This document shows, one piece after another, positions 25,818-38,725 of a stretch of DNA of 64,000 bases. Source of the stretch: Octopus vulgaris (lineage: Eukaryota); assembly GCA_951406725.2 (NCBI GenBank), contig OX597836.1, positions 12,028,001 to 12,092,000 of the forward strand, written 5' to 3'. Every line of letters begins with the position of its first letter. Position 1 is the stretch's first letter. The translations under genes were made by a program, and so were the position numbers. Below the pieces are notes generated by a model. The model was not told where the DNA came from. It saw only the letters and a list, made by a program, of their open reading frames with translations, and did no database searches.

Positions 25818-26390
25818 AAGTGCAGGTGTGGCTGTGTGGTAAAATGCTTGCTTCCGAACTGCATGGCTCCGGGCTCAATCCCACTGCATGGCACAGTGGC
25901 CGAGTGTCTTATACTGTAGCCTTGGGCTGGCCAGAACCTTGCGAGAGGATTGGGTAGATGGAAATTGAAAGAAGCCCTTCCTCTATATATGTATATATAT
26001 ATAACGGGAAGCTTTATGAAAATAAACAAAAGACGAAGGCAGGTGGAATACAAACAAACAATTGTATTAGTATGGCGCTCAGGAAATATAAATAAAACAA
26101 GTCTTTAACGTTTCGAGCCTACGCTCTTCAACAGAAAGATACACAGAGAAAAAACACAGAAAGAAGGAGAGAAAAAAATATATATATATATTTGTGTGTG
26201 TGTTTCTGTCTGTTTGTCCCTACCCCCACTGCTTGACAACCAGTGTTGGTGTGTTTATGTCCCCATAGCTTTGTTGTTCGGTTAAAGAAACTGACGGAAT
26301 AAGTACCATTCATTCAACTAAAAGATTCAAGGTGGTGCTCCAGCATGGCCACAGTCTAGTGACCGAAACAGATTAAAAGAAAAGATAAAG
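25818..26390 (+). mobile_element. SINE family A interrupted by a Penelope-type fragment (about 26000-26180) in its internal microsatellite
   Basis: 5' half ends at about 25980 and 3' half resumes at about 26190. Confidence 0.8.
26102..26139 (-). ncRNA. Minimal type-I hammerhead ribozyme motif (A6-to-U core variant)
   Basis: Minus strand UCUUU-CUGUUGA-A-GAGC(guag)GCUC-GAAA-CG-UU-AAAGA: perfect 5-bp stem I, 4-bp stem II, ACGU stem III. Confidence 0.6.
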
Positions 26391-27389
26391 AACATTGCTT
26401 TTGTTACAACATAATCTTTATCACTCTCTCTCTTTCTCTTACACTCTACCTGTATCTCTCTCTCTGTCTCTCCTTCTGCTGACAGAAACACCTGTACTAA
26501 TTTCAATTTATTGCGAGACTGTTTCTACACAAGAACAGCAGCATCAGCATCATCCGAATCCAGCATTACAATCTGTTCTTAATGCTGTTCAGGATTAAAA
26601 GAGATTTCGGTCAAATCCTTCTGGGTGGATTTAATTTTGTACTTTTGCGCCGTTTTCGCTTTGGCATCGCTTTCCTCTCTGGTTTTGGTTTTGGTTATAA
26701 AAACAGCCGAAAAAAAATTTGGGTGAATCGTATTGGAATCAATTCACTCGATCAGTTGGGAAACTCATCAAATATTGCAAGTTAGGAAAAATGAAAGTGT
26801 TAACCGAATTTGGTTCGAGTTAATTAACTTTCATATTTATTACTTAGCCATTAAGTACCAAGAGTTAGTAATCTTCGGCTTTAATTAACTTTGTATAATG
26901 ACTGAATGAGGTTTTTTTTTTCTGAGAGAAACGAAAAATGGTAAAAAAAAAAAAAAAAGGAAAAAAAGGAAAAAGAAAAGAAAGACTATCTTCTTTTAAG
27001 CTTCTTTTGTGTTTGATAAATCTGATGTTGATACGAGATAATATATATATGTGTGTATATATATATATATCTATATATATGTATATATATGTATATGTAT
27101 ATGTATATATATATGTATATGTATATGTATATATATGTATATATATGTATATGTATATATATGTATATATATGTATATATATGTATATGTATATATATGT
27201 ATATATATGTATATGTATATCTATGTATATGTATATATATGTATATGTATTTATATGTATATATATGTATATGTATATATATGTATATCTATGTATATGT
27301 ATATATACATATATGTATATGTCTATATATGTATATATATATATATATGTCTATATTTGTATATATATGTATATATATATGTATATGTC

Positions 27390-27423
<34 letters not shown>

Positions 27424-28144
27424 TACAAATATAGACATATATATATATATATATATGTCTATATATGTATGTATGTATGTATGTATGTAAACTGGTACGA
27501 TAAATAAAGTACCAGTTTCGCACTGGGGTCGTTGTAATCGACTTAATCCCTTTGTCTGTCCTTGTTTGTCCCCTCTATGTTTAGCCCCTTGTGGGCAATA
27601 AAGAAATATATATATATATATATGTGTGTGTCTGCCCACGTATGTGTCTACACATATGTATGTATATGTGTATGCATTTATGTGTATGTATATATATATA
27701 TGTGTGTGTGTACATATTTTAAGTATATCAAGAACAAAAAATCAATATATTAACTGGAATTTTATTCTATTTCATCGTATTTTGTTTTGTTCTATTTTAT
27801 CTTATTCAACTTTATTTTATTTGAAATATGTTACAGCCAGAAATAAAAGTCCGCTTTTAAATTTTTAATGAAACCAGAATATTTAAGAGAATGCGTTTCT
27901 CTTGTCGGTGTCTCTCGGGATCATGGGAGGGTCAATTTGCCAATGAAAACACACACACACACACACACACACTGGTCCTATTTCACTTCTTGGCATCATC
28001 GTTGTTGTAGTCTTTTAAGTGTCTCTCTTGCTTGCTGGCATAGGTTGAACAATCTGACAGAATTTGACGTACAAAGACTGCATCTTTGTGTTCCAGAAGT
28101 CACCAGAGATCTTTACTTGGTTTTATGATGCAAACCTACTTAAA

Positions 28145-28538
28145 TCTCTCTCTATATAAAGCTGAAGTTGTCTGTATGTGGCAGGTTTGGTAGCGTTCAA
28201 CTAACACTATCTCCTCCGAGACTCTGCGGCGCAAGTTGACCAAAATTGAGAGTAGGATAGAAGAAGGCTTGCTCTTCCTTCCGTAGAAGAAAAAATTCAA
28301 ATCGGGCCATGTTAAGACCAAAAATTATTTACATAAAAAAGGTGCTTTTTTTCCATGAAAATCCCTATTTTTTACGAGATCTTTTGACTGCTGTGTCGCC
28401 ATTTTTCGGTGTATTTCAACCAGAAAAATGTTCACTTAAAGAGAATAACAAGCTACATTATGCAAAAATTTTACCGTTCAAAAATTCCAATTCTAAAGGG
28501 TCGAAACAAACCCGAGCAACGCCGGGCGATACTGCTAG
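28145..28538 (+). mobile_element. Non-autonomous Helitron (family 2), full-length
   Basis: A|TC 5' end (tctctctctatataaagctg), 3' hairpin cccgagcaacgccggg, terminal CTAG|T; second copy at 35000-35342. Confidence 0.82.
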
Positions 28539-28569
28539 TACTTATATATATCTTAAATTTATTTTTTTT

Positions 28570-28782
28570 CTATTTTTAACTTGTTTCAGTCAGTAGACCA
28601 CTGCCATGCTGGGGCTACCTCCCTGAAAAATTTTCTTTTTAGTCGAATGAATCAACCCCGGTGACCACATCTTTTTTTAAATGCTGGTACTTATTCTGCC
28701 ATTCCCTTTTGCTTTTTGCTGAACCACTAAGTCACAGGGGTGTAAACACAGCAACACCAGCTGTCAACTAGTGGCAGGGTAC

Positions 28783-28819
<37 letters not shown>

Positions 28820-29391
28820 GCTTCTTTCAGTTTCTCTCTATACCAAATCTACTCATGAGGCTTTGCTTGGCCTGAGGGCTAAAATAGAGGACACTTGCCC
28901 AAGGTGTCACGCAGTGTGACTGAACCTAGAACCACATGGTCGGAAAGCAACCTTCTTACCACACAGCCAAGCTTGTACCTATATACATATGTATATATTC
29001 ACATATGTGTGTGTGTGTGTGTGTGTGTGTTCACCCATTCACACATAGATATGGCTTGCTACTGTATGTGAAGCTGCACTTAATTATCTGTATTTTATGC
29101 AGAAGGTGTCCCTATGAATATATATGCCAATGTATATTCATAAGTGTGTGTGTGTATGTATACTCTTACTCTTTTTACTCTTTTACTTGTTTCACTCATT
29201 TGACTGCGGCCATGCTGGAGCACCGCCTTTAATCGAGCAACTCGACCCCGGGACTTATTCTTTTGTAAGCCCAGTACTTATTCTATCGGTCTATTTTTGC
29301 CGAACCGCTATGTGACGGGGACGTAAACACGCCGGCATCGGTTGTCAAGCAATGCTAGGGAGACAAACACAGACACACAAACACACATACA

Positions 29392-29429
<38 letters not shown>

Positions 29430-30869
29430 TATATACGACAGGCTTCTTTCAGTTTCCGTCTACCAAATCCACTCACAAGGCATTGGTCGGCCCGGGGCTA
29501 TAGCAGAAGACACTTGCCCAAGATGCCACGCAGTGGGACTGAACCCAGAACCATGTGGTTGGATAGCAAGCTACTTACCACTCAGCCACTCCTGTGCCTG
29601 CCTGCGTATGTGTATGTACCTGAAGCATTCATGAATGAATAAGTGTCATAGGAAATGAATTCATGTCAAACTACTCAACCTGCTGACAGACCCCCCCTCC
29701 ACTTCTTCTTTCTCCTCTTCCTACTCCCCTGCCATCTTTATACTTCTGTGTATATGTAGGGGTGGAGGAAAGTGCATACTACAGCTTTCTCTCTCTCTCT
29801 CTCTCTCTCTCCCTATATATATATATATATATATATACTCTTTTACTCTTTTACTTGTTTCAGTCATTTGACTGCGGCCATGCTGGGGCACCGCCTTTAG
29901 TCGAGCAAATCGACCCCGGGACTTATTCTTTGTAAGCCCAGTACTTATTCTATCGGTCTCTTTTGCCGAACCGCTAAGTGACGGGGACGTAAACACACCA
30001 CCATATACAGACAAACACAGACACACACATATATATACATATATATACATATATACGACAGGCTTCTTTCAGTTTCCGTCTACCAAATCCACTCACAAGG
30101 CATTGGTCGGCCCGGGGCTATAGCAGAAGACACTTGCCCAAGATGCCACGCAGTGGGACTGAACCCGGAACCATGTGGTTGGTTAGCAAGCTACTTACCA
30201 CACAGCCACTCCTGCGCCTATATATGTATATTTATATATAAAGGTGGTGCTCCAGCATGGCCGCAGTCAAATGACTGAAACAACTAAAAGGATATCTGTA
30301 AAAAAACAAATACAAACAGAATGAATATACATGACTGTGCCCAAGTGGTAGGTAGGGGTGGATAGGGTGGTCTTCCCCCTCACCCCTCTCACTCTGCCAT
30401 TTTTCCCCCCCCCACCACCTTCCGCCTCCTACCTTTGCCACTCAGACTTCTGTCTCTGTTTTGTGTCTGACTGACTGTCTGTTTGTGGTAAGGCCCAAAG
30501 GAAAGGGTTGGGGTGAATGATGAGCCAGGAACAGGGGATATCCCCCTTCTCACTCTATATATATACCTACATCTCCCCCCTCTCTCTCTCTATTCTTTTA
30601 TTTTTTATTTGTTTCAGTCATTCGACTGTGGCCATGCTGGAGCACTTATTCTATCGGTCTCTTTTGCCGAACCGCTAAGTAACGGGGACGTAAACACACC
30701 AGCATTGGTTGTCAAGCGATGTTGGGGGTACAAACACAGACACACTCAAACATATACACACACATATATACATACATATATGTATATATATATATATATA
30801 TATATTTTATTTTATATTTTATCTAGTTTCAGCTGCCATGCTGGGGCACCGCCATATTTATATTTATAT

Positions 30870-30919
<50 letters not shown>

Positions 30920-30990
30920 GACAGGCTTCTTTCAGTTTCCGTATACCAAATCCATTCGCAAGGTTATAGTAGAAGACACTTATCCAAGGT
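28570..30990 (-). mobile_element. Cluster of four co-oriented SINE family A copies (about 28570-28980, 29162-29600, 29835-30220, 30590-30990) plus an opposite-strand tail at 30240-30290
   Basis: Each matches the reverse complement of 3354-3782. Confidence 0.88.
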
Positions 30991-31560
30991 GCTATCTATA
31001 TCTTTTTGTCTGTCAACTGTCTATATCTATCCCTCTCTATCTATCTGTCTCTCTATCTATTTGTCTCTCCCTCCATCTGTCTCTCTATCTATCTGTCTGT
31101 CTGTCTCTCTCTCTCTCTCTCCCTCTCTAAGATCTGTCTATCTGACTATCAACATGTCTTCATACATATCTATTTATAATCTATCCATCTAGAGAGCTTT
31201 ATCTCCTTAATATCTACCTACATATATCTATATCTGTCTGTTTACTTCTCAAGCCCTTAGTACCCCTCCCCCTAGCTACCCCCCCCACGCAATTTTAACT
31301 CTACCTCTGCCCCTCTCTCCCACTTTCAGTTTCTGACCTCTGCCTTCAACTCCTTTGCCCTTGCCTCCATCCACCACATCTGGCACTTCCCCCACCACCA
31401 CCACCACCCATCATGTTACCCCCCCTACATATTTATACCATATACACTATCATCACTACCATATTTTTTCCCCCACCACCACCACCGCCACCATCAGCAA
31501 ATACCCCCCCCCCCCCCGTCACTGTCAGCTACTTTTTGCATGCTTTTTTCATAGTTTCTC

Positions 31561-31698
31561 CTCCCCCCACTCTCTCTCCCCTCCCCCCACTCTCTCTCCC
31601 CTCCCCCACTCTCTCTCCCCTCCCCCACTCTCTCTCCCCTCCCCCACTCTCTCTCCCCTCCCCCACTCTCTCTCCCCTCCCCCACTCTCTCTCCCCTC
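31561..31698. repeat. 19-20 bp minisatellite (cccccactctctctcccct) x7
   Basis: Visible tandem units. Confidence 0.92.
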
Positions 31699-32452
31699 CT
31701 CTGATCTTTTTCTTTTTTGTCTCCTCTTTCTCCGAACCCCACCCCACCCTTTTCCCACCCTCCTTATGCTTTCTTAGTGTCCTTATCCACCCTGCCACTT
31801 ATCTTTCCCATTTTGTCTTCCCCTACTTATCATTACTGTAGCAGCAGCAGCAGCAGTAGCAGCAGCAGTAGTATATTCCCTAGTCACCTAATTTAACTTT
31901 TGGCCTGTTTTCCCTGCCCCTCATTCATCTACCCAGCACCCCATGTTTTCTTGCTAGACAGATAGCAAGGAATGTGTGCCAAATGTTTCTTTTTTTTTTT
32001 TTTTCCTGTCTTATTGACTAACCCCTCCTCTCAAATTTAGTGTCCTTGTGCTTAATCCTCTGGGGACACCCAGGCCAATTCATTGATTATATCTTCATGG
32101 GCCCAAGTGATACAAGCTGAAAGGTCTTTGAACTTTGAGTCACCATCCATGGCCCCTGTGGAACAAATGTTGTGATTGGTTGGTTTTGAAGTGTAATAAG
32201 CTAATCAGAGATTGTCTTTCAGTAGATGTATGGCAATAGGAAAAAAAGTTTGGTTTTTTTGGTTACAGGTACCAAAACAATAATAAATCCCAGAGCGGGG
32301 CTACAAACTACATTAGCATCCACCCTTAGGGGTTAGCCATATTTAAATGGCAAATATACGTCAGTCACGGTACCAAAACACCATGTCTCAAAAGGGTGAA
32401 AATTAATTGAAAGAAAGGTTAAAATATTGTACGGCTCCATCAGTCTGTGTGT

Positions 32453-32648
32453 TACTCTTTTACTTGTTTCAGTCATTTGGCTGCGGCCATGCTGGAGCAC
32501 CGCATTTAGTCGAGCAAATCGACCCCAGGACTTATTCTTTGTAAGCCTAGTACTTATTCTATCGGTCTTTTTTTTGCCGAACCGCTAAGTACAGGGACGT
32601 AAACACACCATGAGTTGTCAAGCAATGTTGGGGGGACAAACACCGACA

Positions 32649-32700
<52 letters not shown>

Positions 32701-32920
32701 CAGTCACTCACATATATACATATATATGACGGGCTTCATTCAGTCTCCATCTACCAAATCCACTCACAAGGCTTTGGTCAGCCCGAGGCTATAGTAGAAG
32801 ACACTTGCCCAAGGTCCGTTCTGAGTTCATATTCCACAGAGCTCACTTTTGAAATAAAGGACCAGTCAAGCACCTGGGGTTGATGTAATTGACTAACCCG
32901 CTCCCCCAAAATTTCAGTTG
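32453..32920. mobile_element. SINE family A (minus, 32453-32815) abutting a family B fragment (plus)
   Basis: Identity to the reference copies. Confidence 0.85.
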
Positions 32921-33520
32921 ACCCAGCATGACCTCAGTCCAGTGATAAAAGATAACAGGTAGCAGCTGTCACTGTTTAGCATCAAACACTCAGTCTATCA
33001 TCGATGCTCCCTCTGCCTCCTGTAGGATTTAGCCCTGGAACCTTTGCTGTAGAAGATGGAATGTTTAAGGGGTCTCTTGCTTGAACAACTGGGTTGCAGG
33101 TGTAGTCCTAGATACACTTGTCTGGAAAAAAAAATAAATGTAATGATCATGGTGAATACTTCTGATTGTGTTCCTACTCATTCTGGCTGACCCAGGGTTA
33201 AATAACAACACTTTTGCCTTCATACGTTTATTTTAGCTTCAAATTACTTGTTAATTACTTAATAATTATAGTATTTTCCAAAAAAAAAAAATAACAATTA
33301 TTGTATTCAGAAAACAAAAGAAGAAAATATAAAAAAATACAATATGAATATTAAAAAAAAAGGGGGAAAAACTTGTTTAATAGAAATAAAAAAAATGATG
33401 GAATAAATAACATTGATTAAAATTATTGGGTAATTGATAATTATGAAATATGAAGCTGAATATTATTATTATGCCTGGTCAAGGAATGGTTAAATAGTAG
33501 TTTGGTATTTTAGCATCTCT

Positions 33521-34260
33521 TCATGATGTCATCATCATTTCTCCATCATCATCATCATCGTCAACATCATCAACATCGTCATCATCAACATCATTGTCAT
33601 CATCAACATCCAACATCATCATCATCTTCGTCATCATCATCAACATCATCTTTGTCATCATCATCATCGTCATCTTTGTCACTATCATCATCATCATCAT
33701 CATTGTCATCATCATCGTCATCAACACCATCATCATCGTCATCGTCATCAACATCGTCATCATCATCATCATCATCATCAACATCGTCATCATCATCATC
33801 ATCAACATCGTCATCATCATTGTCATCTTCATCACCATCATCATCATCATCATCATCATTGTTATCATCATCGTCATCATCATCATCTTCATGACCAGCA
33901 TCATCATCATCATCGTCATTGTCGTCATCATCATCAACATCATCACTATCAGTATTGTTTTCATCATCATCTTCCTTATCATCATTGTTATCACCATCCT
34001 CATTGTCATATCATTGTTATTATTATCATCATATTAGCAATATCATCATCATCATGGTTATCATCGTAATCATCATGTCCATAAGCATTATCATCATAAT
34101 CGTGTTTGTTTTCATTATTTTCATTTTCATCGTTGTTATTGCCATCATTATAATCATCATCATCATCATTTTCATTTATATCATCATCATCATCATTGTA
34201 AATGTCATTGTTATCATCTTCAAAATTATCTTCATTATTATCATCGTCATTTTTTTTTTT
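33521..34260. repeat. Degenerate (CAT)n microsatellite
   Basis: Visible; source of the poly-M/I/S/H ORFs. Confidence 0.95.
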
Positions 34261-34999
34261 ATGATACATATTTTAACGATCCTGGTATAACGAAATGCAA
34301 ATTTGATCTCCCAGTGAGATTCGAACCTGTAACATAGAGGAATGGAACTAAATACCTCAAACCACCACCACAACAACAACTGTTACTACTACTACTACTA
34401 CTACTACTACAAAATTTGCGGTATTAAAAAAAAATGACGAAAATAAAAATGGTTACCATTTTCAGTTTGGGATGGAATCAAAAAAAAAAAAAATAGACTT
34501 GGTTTTGATTTCAGTTGAATATTTGCCAATAGGATTTTGGGCCAGAGTGTCAGCTGACGATGGCTAGGTGTAGGTGGTGTTGGAATGGGATGAGCAGGGG
34601 GCGTTTGGCAGTGACATTTGGTGGACATTCTTGGCAGAGGAGAGACAGACAATATTTTAAATCTTTTTTCTCTGTTGAAATACTTTACCTTTTCTGCATT
34701 CAATTAATTCTTGAAAACAAGGAGCCATTTTAGTGAAACGATTTTGTCGTTATTAAGTTGTGATATTCAGAACAAATTAACATGGAATTTTGATTGAAGG
34801 TTTTAATTTAGATCATCGTGAAGAGAGGAAGTTTATATGATGGAACCAGGAGGCAGTCTTTAGTGAATTTACTACAAGACAAAACATTGAGACTGACAAG
34901 GGCCATACAAAATTTAACCCTTCTGTTACCATATTTCTGCTGAAATACACAGCTTGTTTGCAATTTATTTCGAAAATAGCAAAGAATTTTATATAATTA

Positions 35000-35342
35000 C
35001 TGGCAGTATTGCCCGGCGTTGCTCGGGTTTGTTTCAACCCTTTAAAATTGGTATTTTTGATAAGTAAAAATTTTGAAAAGTAAAACTTATGTAGCTTGTT
35101 ATTCTCTTTAAGTGGAACATTTTTCTGGTTGAAATACACCGGAAAATGGCGACACAGCAGTAAAAAAATCGTAAAAAAAAGCACCTTTTTGATGTAAATA
35201 ATTTCTGGTGTTAACATGGTCCAATTTGAATTTTTCTTCTACGGAAGGAAGAGCAAGCCTTCTTCTATCATACTCTCAATTTTGGTCAACTTGCGCCACA
35301 GGGTCTCAGAGGAGATAGTGTTAGTTGAAGGCTACCAAACCT
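35000..35342 (-). mobile_element. Helitron family 2, 5'-truncated copy
   Basis: Reverse complement of about 28185-28538, including the hairpin; terminus CCAG instead of CTAG. Confidence 0.8.
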
Positions 35343-35493
35343 ACTATTCATTTTTAGACCTGTTCACCGACAAAATTCCGTGCAGTACAGAATTTTGTCA
35401 GTGAACAGGTCGTGGTCTCAAAGCGATGCAAATATTTTGACAAATTAAATTTGAATGTTGAAGTGAATCTAACGGTTTTTGTGTGTTTCTTAA

Positions 35494-35713
35494 CCCATTA
35501 ATGTTTAAACCGGCCATATCCGGCTCAAATATTCCAACTGTTTTATGCTCAAACTGGCAAGATTCAGCCTCTTACATCTATCCTACAATGTTGTTCTAAA
35601 GTTAAACAAACACACCATCGAAATCTCAACGTTATAACATAATGCATGATTAATTCAAAACAATATGAATAAATAAGAATTACATTTAACAGAGTAATCT
35701 GAATGCTAAAGGG
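35494..35713. mobile_element. piggyBac-like MITE nested in a probable DNA-transposon fragment (about 35400-35808)
   Basis: TTAA|CCC...GGG|TTGA termini with imperfect TIRs (cccattaatgttt / aatgctaaaggg); related internal sequence at about 25050-25110. Confidence 0.6.
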
Positions 35714-36519
35714 TTGAATGGCTTATAAACACCTTCCACGCTGCAATTGTTTTTGTTCCAGCACACGATCTCAGATCAGGTCACTTACTATGCAAGTACA
35801 TCTCCGTACTTATGGTTTATTATTGTTTATATTTTGTATTACATAATCTTTTATGGGGGCACCAAAATTTTTTAAATGCTTAGGACCTCTATGAGTTTTA
35901 ACCCAGCCCTCTATAGAAGCAGATGTTTTACGTAAGATGAATTTTGAGGACTTGATAAAAAATTCTGCATTTTCAAATATAAATAAAGTGAAATTATACA
36001 AAGCTAAACATTATTTTTCCGTCCTAGTTTTGTTTCATTTTGAAAAAGGAAAATTTTATTTTATGGTTCATTATTGTTTATATTTTGAATTACATATATA
36101 TGGGGCGGGGGCATCAAAATCTTGTAGGGTCTTTCTTAATCCAGCCCTAACTAGACTATCAGATGATGATTATCAGTGGAGGTGTGTAGTGACATTTGGT
36201 GGACATTCCTGGCAGAGGAGAGACATACCATAGGTTAAAAGAAGGGAAAAAAAAGTCAAAGAGAAAGAGAGATAGAGACCGAGAGAAGGGCTTTAGTAGT
36301 AAGGTGGGGTGTAGGGTGGAGGAGTAACTCTGATAATTAGCTGCCAATTTTCATTAACATCTTGCTACTCAAATGATGCAAGAAACTCTTTAGGATTATT
36401 TGTGTGAATGGATATATTTTACCAGTTTCGAATAAATGACATGTGCTAATTAAAGGTAATTAATAATCTCAATTCGAAACCATCCTTGCCCTGTCAGTGT
36501 AACAGGTTTAGAATAAAAT

Positions 36520-36562
36520 CTTTTTCTCATTTCTTTTCTTCTTTCTTTCTTCCTTCCTTTTT

Positions 36563-36604
<42 letters not shown>

Positions 36605-36712
36605 CTTCTTTCTTTCTTTCTTCCCTTCTTTCTTTCTTTCTTTCCTTTTTTCTTTCTTTCTTTCTTCCCTTCTTTCTTTTTTTCTTTCTTTCTTTCTTTC
36701 TTTTTCTTTTTT

Positions 36713-36750
<38 letters not shown>

Positions 36751-36785
36751 CTTCTTTCTTCCCTTCTTTCTTCCTTTCTTTCTTC

Positions 36786-36832
<47 letters not shown>

Positions 36833-36897
36833 TTTTTCTTTTTTTCTTTCTTTCTTTCTTTCTTTCTTCCCTTCTTTCTTCCTATCTTTCTTTCTTT

Positions 36898-36964
<67 letters not shown>

Positions 36965-37030
36965 CCCTTCCTACCTTCCTTCCTTCCTTTCTTTCTTTCT
37001 TTCTTTTTTCTTCCTTTCTTTCTTTCTTTC
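36520..37030. repeat. (TTTC)n polypyrimidine microsatellite, about 500 bp
   Basis: Visible. Confidence 0.95.
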
Positions 37031-37144
37031 TATTTGCACATTTTATATCCTTTTGGATTTTATATTACATTTGTATTTACAAAATTTTTTTTGTTAGTAT
37101 TTTATTTTTTGTTGTAAATTTTTGTTTTTTTTCTGTATGTACCG

Positions 37145-37332
37145 ACACGGAGGTGTGGTTGTGCTCTAGGAAGCTTGCTTCCCAACCACATAGTTCCCAG
37201 TTCACTCCCATTGCGTAGCACCTTGGGGAAAATGTGTTCTGTTTATAGTACTGTAACCTCGGACCTACCAAGGCCTTGTGAGTGGATTTGGCAGATGGAA
37301 ACTGAAAGAAGCCCATCGTATATATGTGTGCA

Positions 37333-37397
<65 letters not shown>

Positions 37398-37610
37398 CTG
37401 TATGTGTGTGTATATGTTTGTGTTTGTCCCCCCAACATTGCTTGACAACCGATGCTGGTATGTTTACGTCCCTATAACTTAGTAGTTTGGCAAAAAGAGA
37501 CTGATGGAATAAGTACTAGGCTTACAAAGAATAAGTCCTGGGGTTGATATGCTCGACTAAAGGCGGTGCTCCAGCATGGCCACAGTCAAATAACAAACAA
37601 ATAAAAGAGT
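37145..37610 (+). mobile_element. SINE family A, full-length
   Basis: Matches the reference copy. Confidence 0.9.
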
Positions 37611-38067
37611 ATATATATATATATATGCATATATATACAGTCCAGTCCAGTCTCTCTCTCTCTCTCTCTTTCACACTCCATCTTAAAAAAACACTTCATT
37701 TAGCCTTTTTGTCATTATGGTCCATAAGAATTATTGAAGCTGTCACAGCTAAGAGACATTCTTATACTTCAGTCTTATGACATTCCAGTCCAATATTGAT
37801 CTTTTCCCATCCTTCTTTTCCCTTTTGCCTTTTCTTTCCTTCCTTCCTTCCTTTCTTTCTTGTTCTTTTTTTTTTTTTTTGGTGGGGGGGGGGGGTGGCT
37901 TTCATCTTATCTTCGTCTTTGTCCTATTCATTTTTTTTGTCCCGTTGCATTGTTTTCTTTTCTTTTCCTTTTCCTTTTTGTTGCTGCTATTTCTGGTGTG
38001 GGTTTTGAGGTTTCCAGGGCGGTGGGGATGGGGTGGGGGTGGGGGTTTTGGCATGCCTCTCCCTTCT

Positions 38068-38725
38068 GCCACCACCACCACCACCACCACTACCAACATC
38101 AGTGCTATTAGTAACTACCAACTGCACTACCAACACTACCAACACCATCACCACTAACCACTACCACCCCACTGCCACCAACGGCACCCCCCATTACTAA
38201 TGACTACCACCTATACTATCACCACTAACTACTAACAACGCTGCTGCCATTAATACCGCCACTATCAACATTACCAACACTGCCATGACCATCACTAACG
38301 ACTACCACCACCATTATTACTACCCACAACCCACACTGCCACCATCACCACCAACACCACCACCATCACTAACACTTACCACAGCACTACCACCACCACC
38401 ACCACCACAACCAACGCCACCACCGTCACTAACAACTACCACCAACACTACCACTACCATTATTAGTACCTACAACCCACATTACCACCACCACCACCGC
38501 CATCACTAACACTTACCACAGCACTACCACCACCACCACCACAACCAACGCCACCACCATCACTAACAACTACCACCAGCACTGCCACCACCATTATTAC
38601 TACCCACAAACCCACTCTGCCACAACCATTACCACTTAACACCGCCACTTGCCACCACCACCAGTAAACAGCAATGCCACTAAATACCGCCGACATCACC
38701 ACTACCACCACGACCACCACCACTC
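38068..38725. repeat. (CAC/CTA)n low-complexity tract with an internal duplication
   Basis: Visible; catcactaacacttaccacagcactaccacc is repeated at about 38363 and 38501. Confidence 0.88.

Noticed and set aside
26550-26610. miR-8/miR-200 family gene
   Set aside because: A seed mismatch and indels relative to the deeply conserved mature sequence; kept only as an unassigned hairpin.
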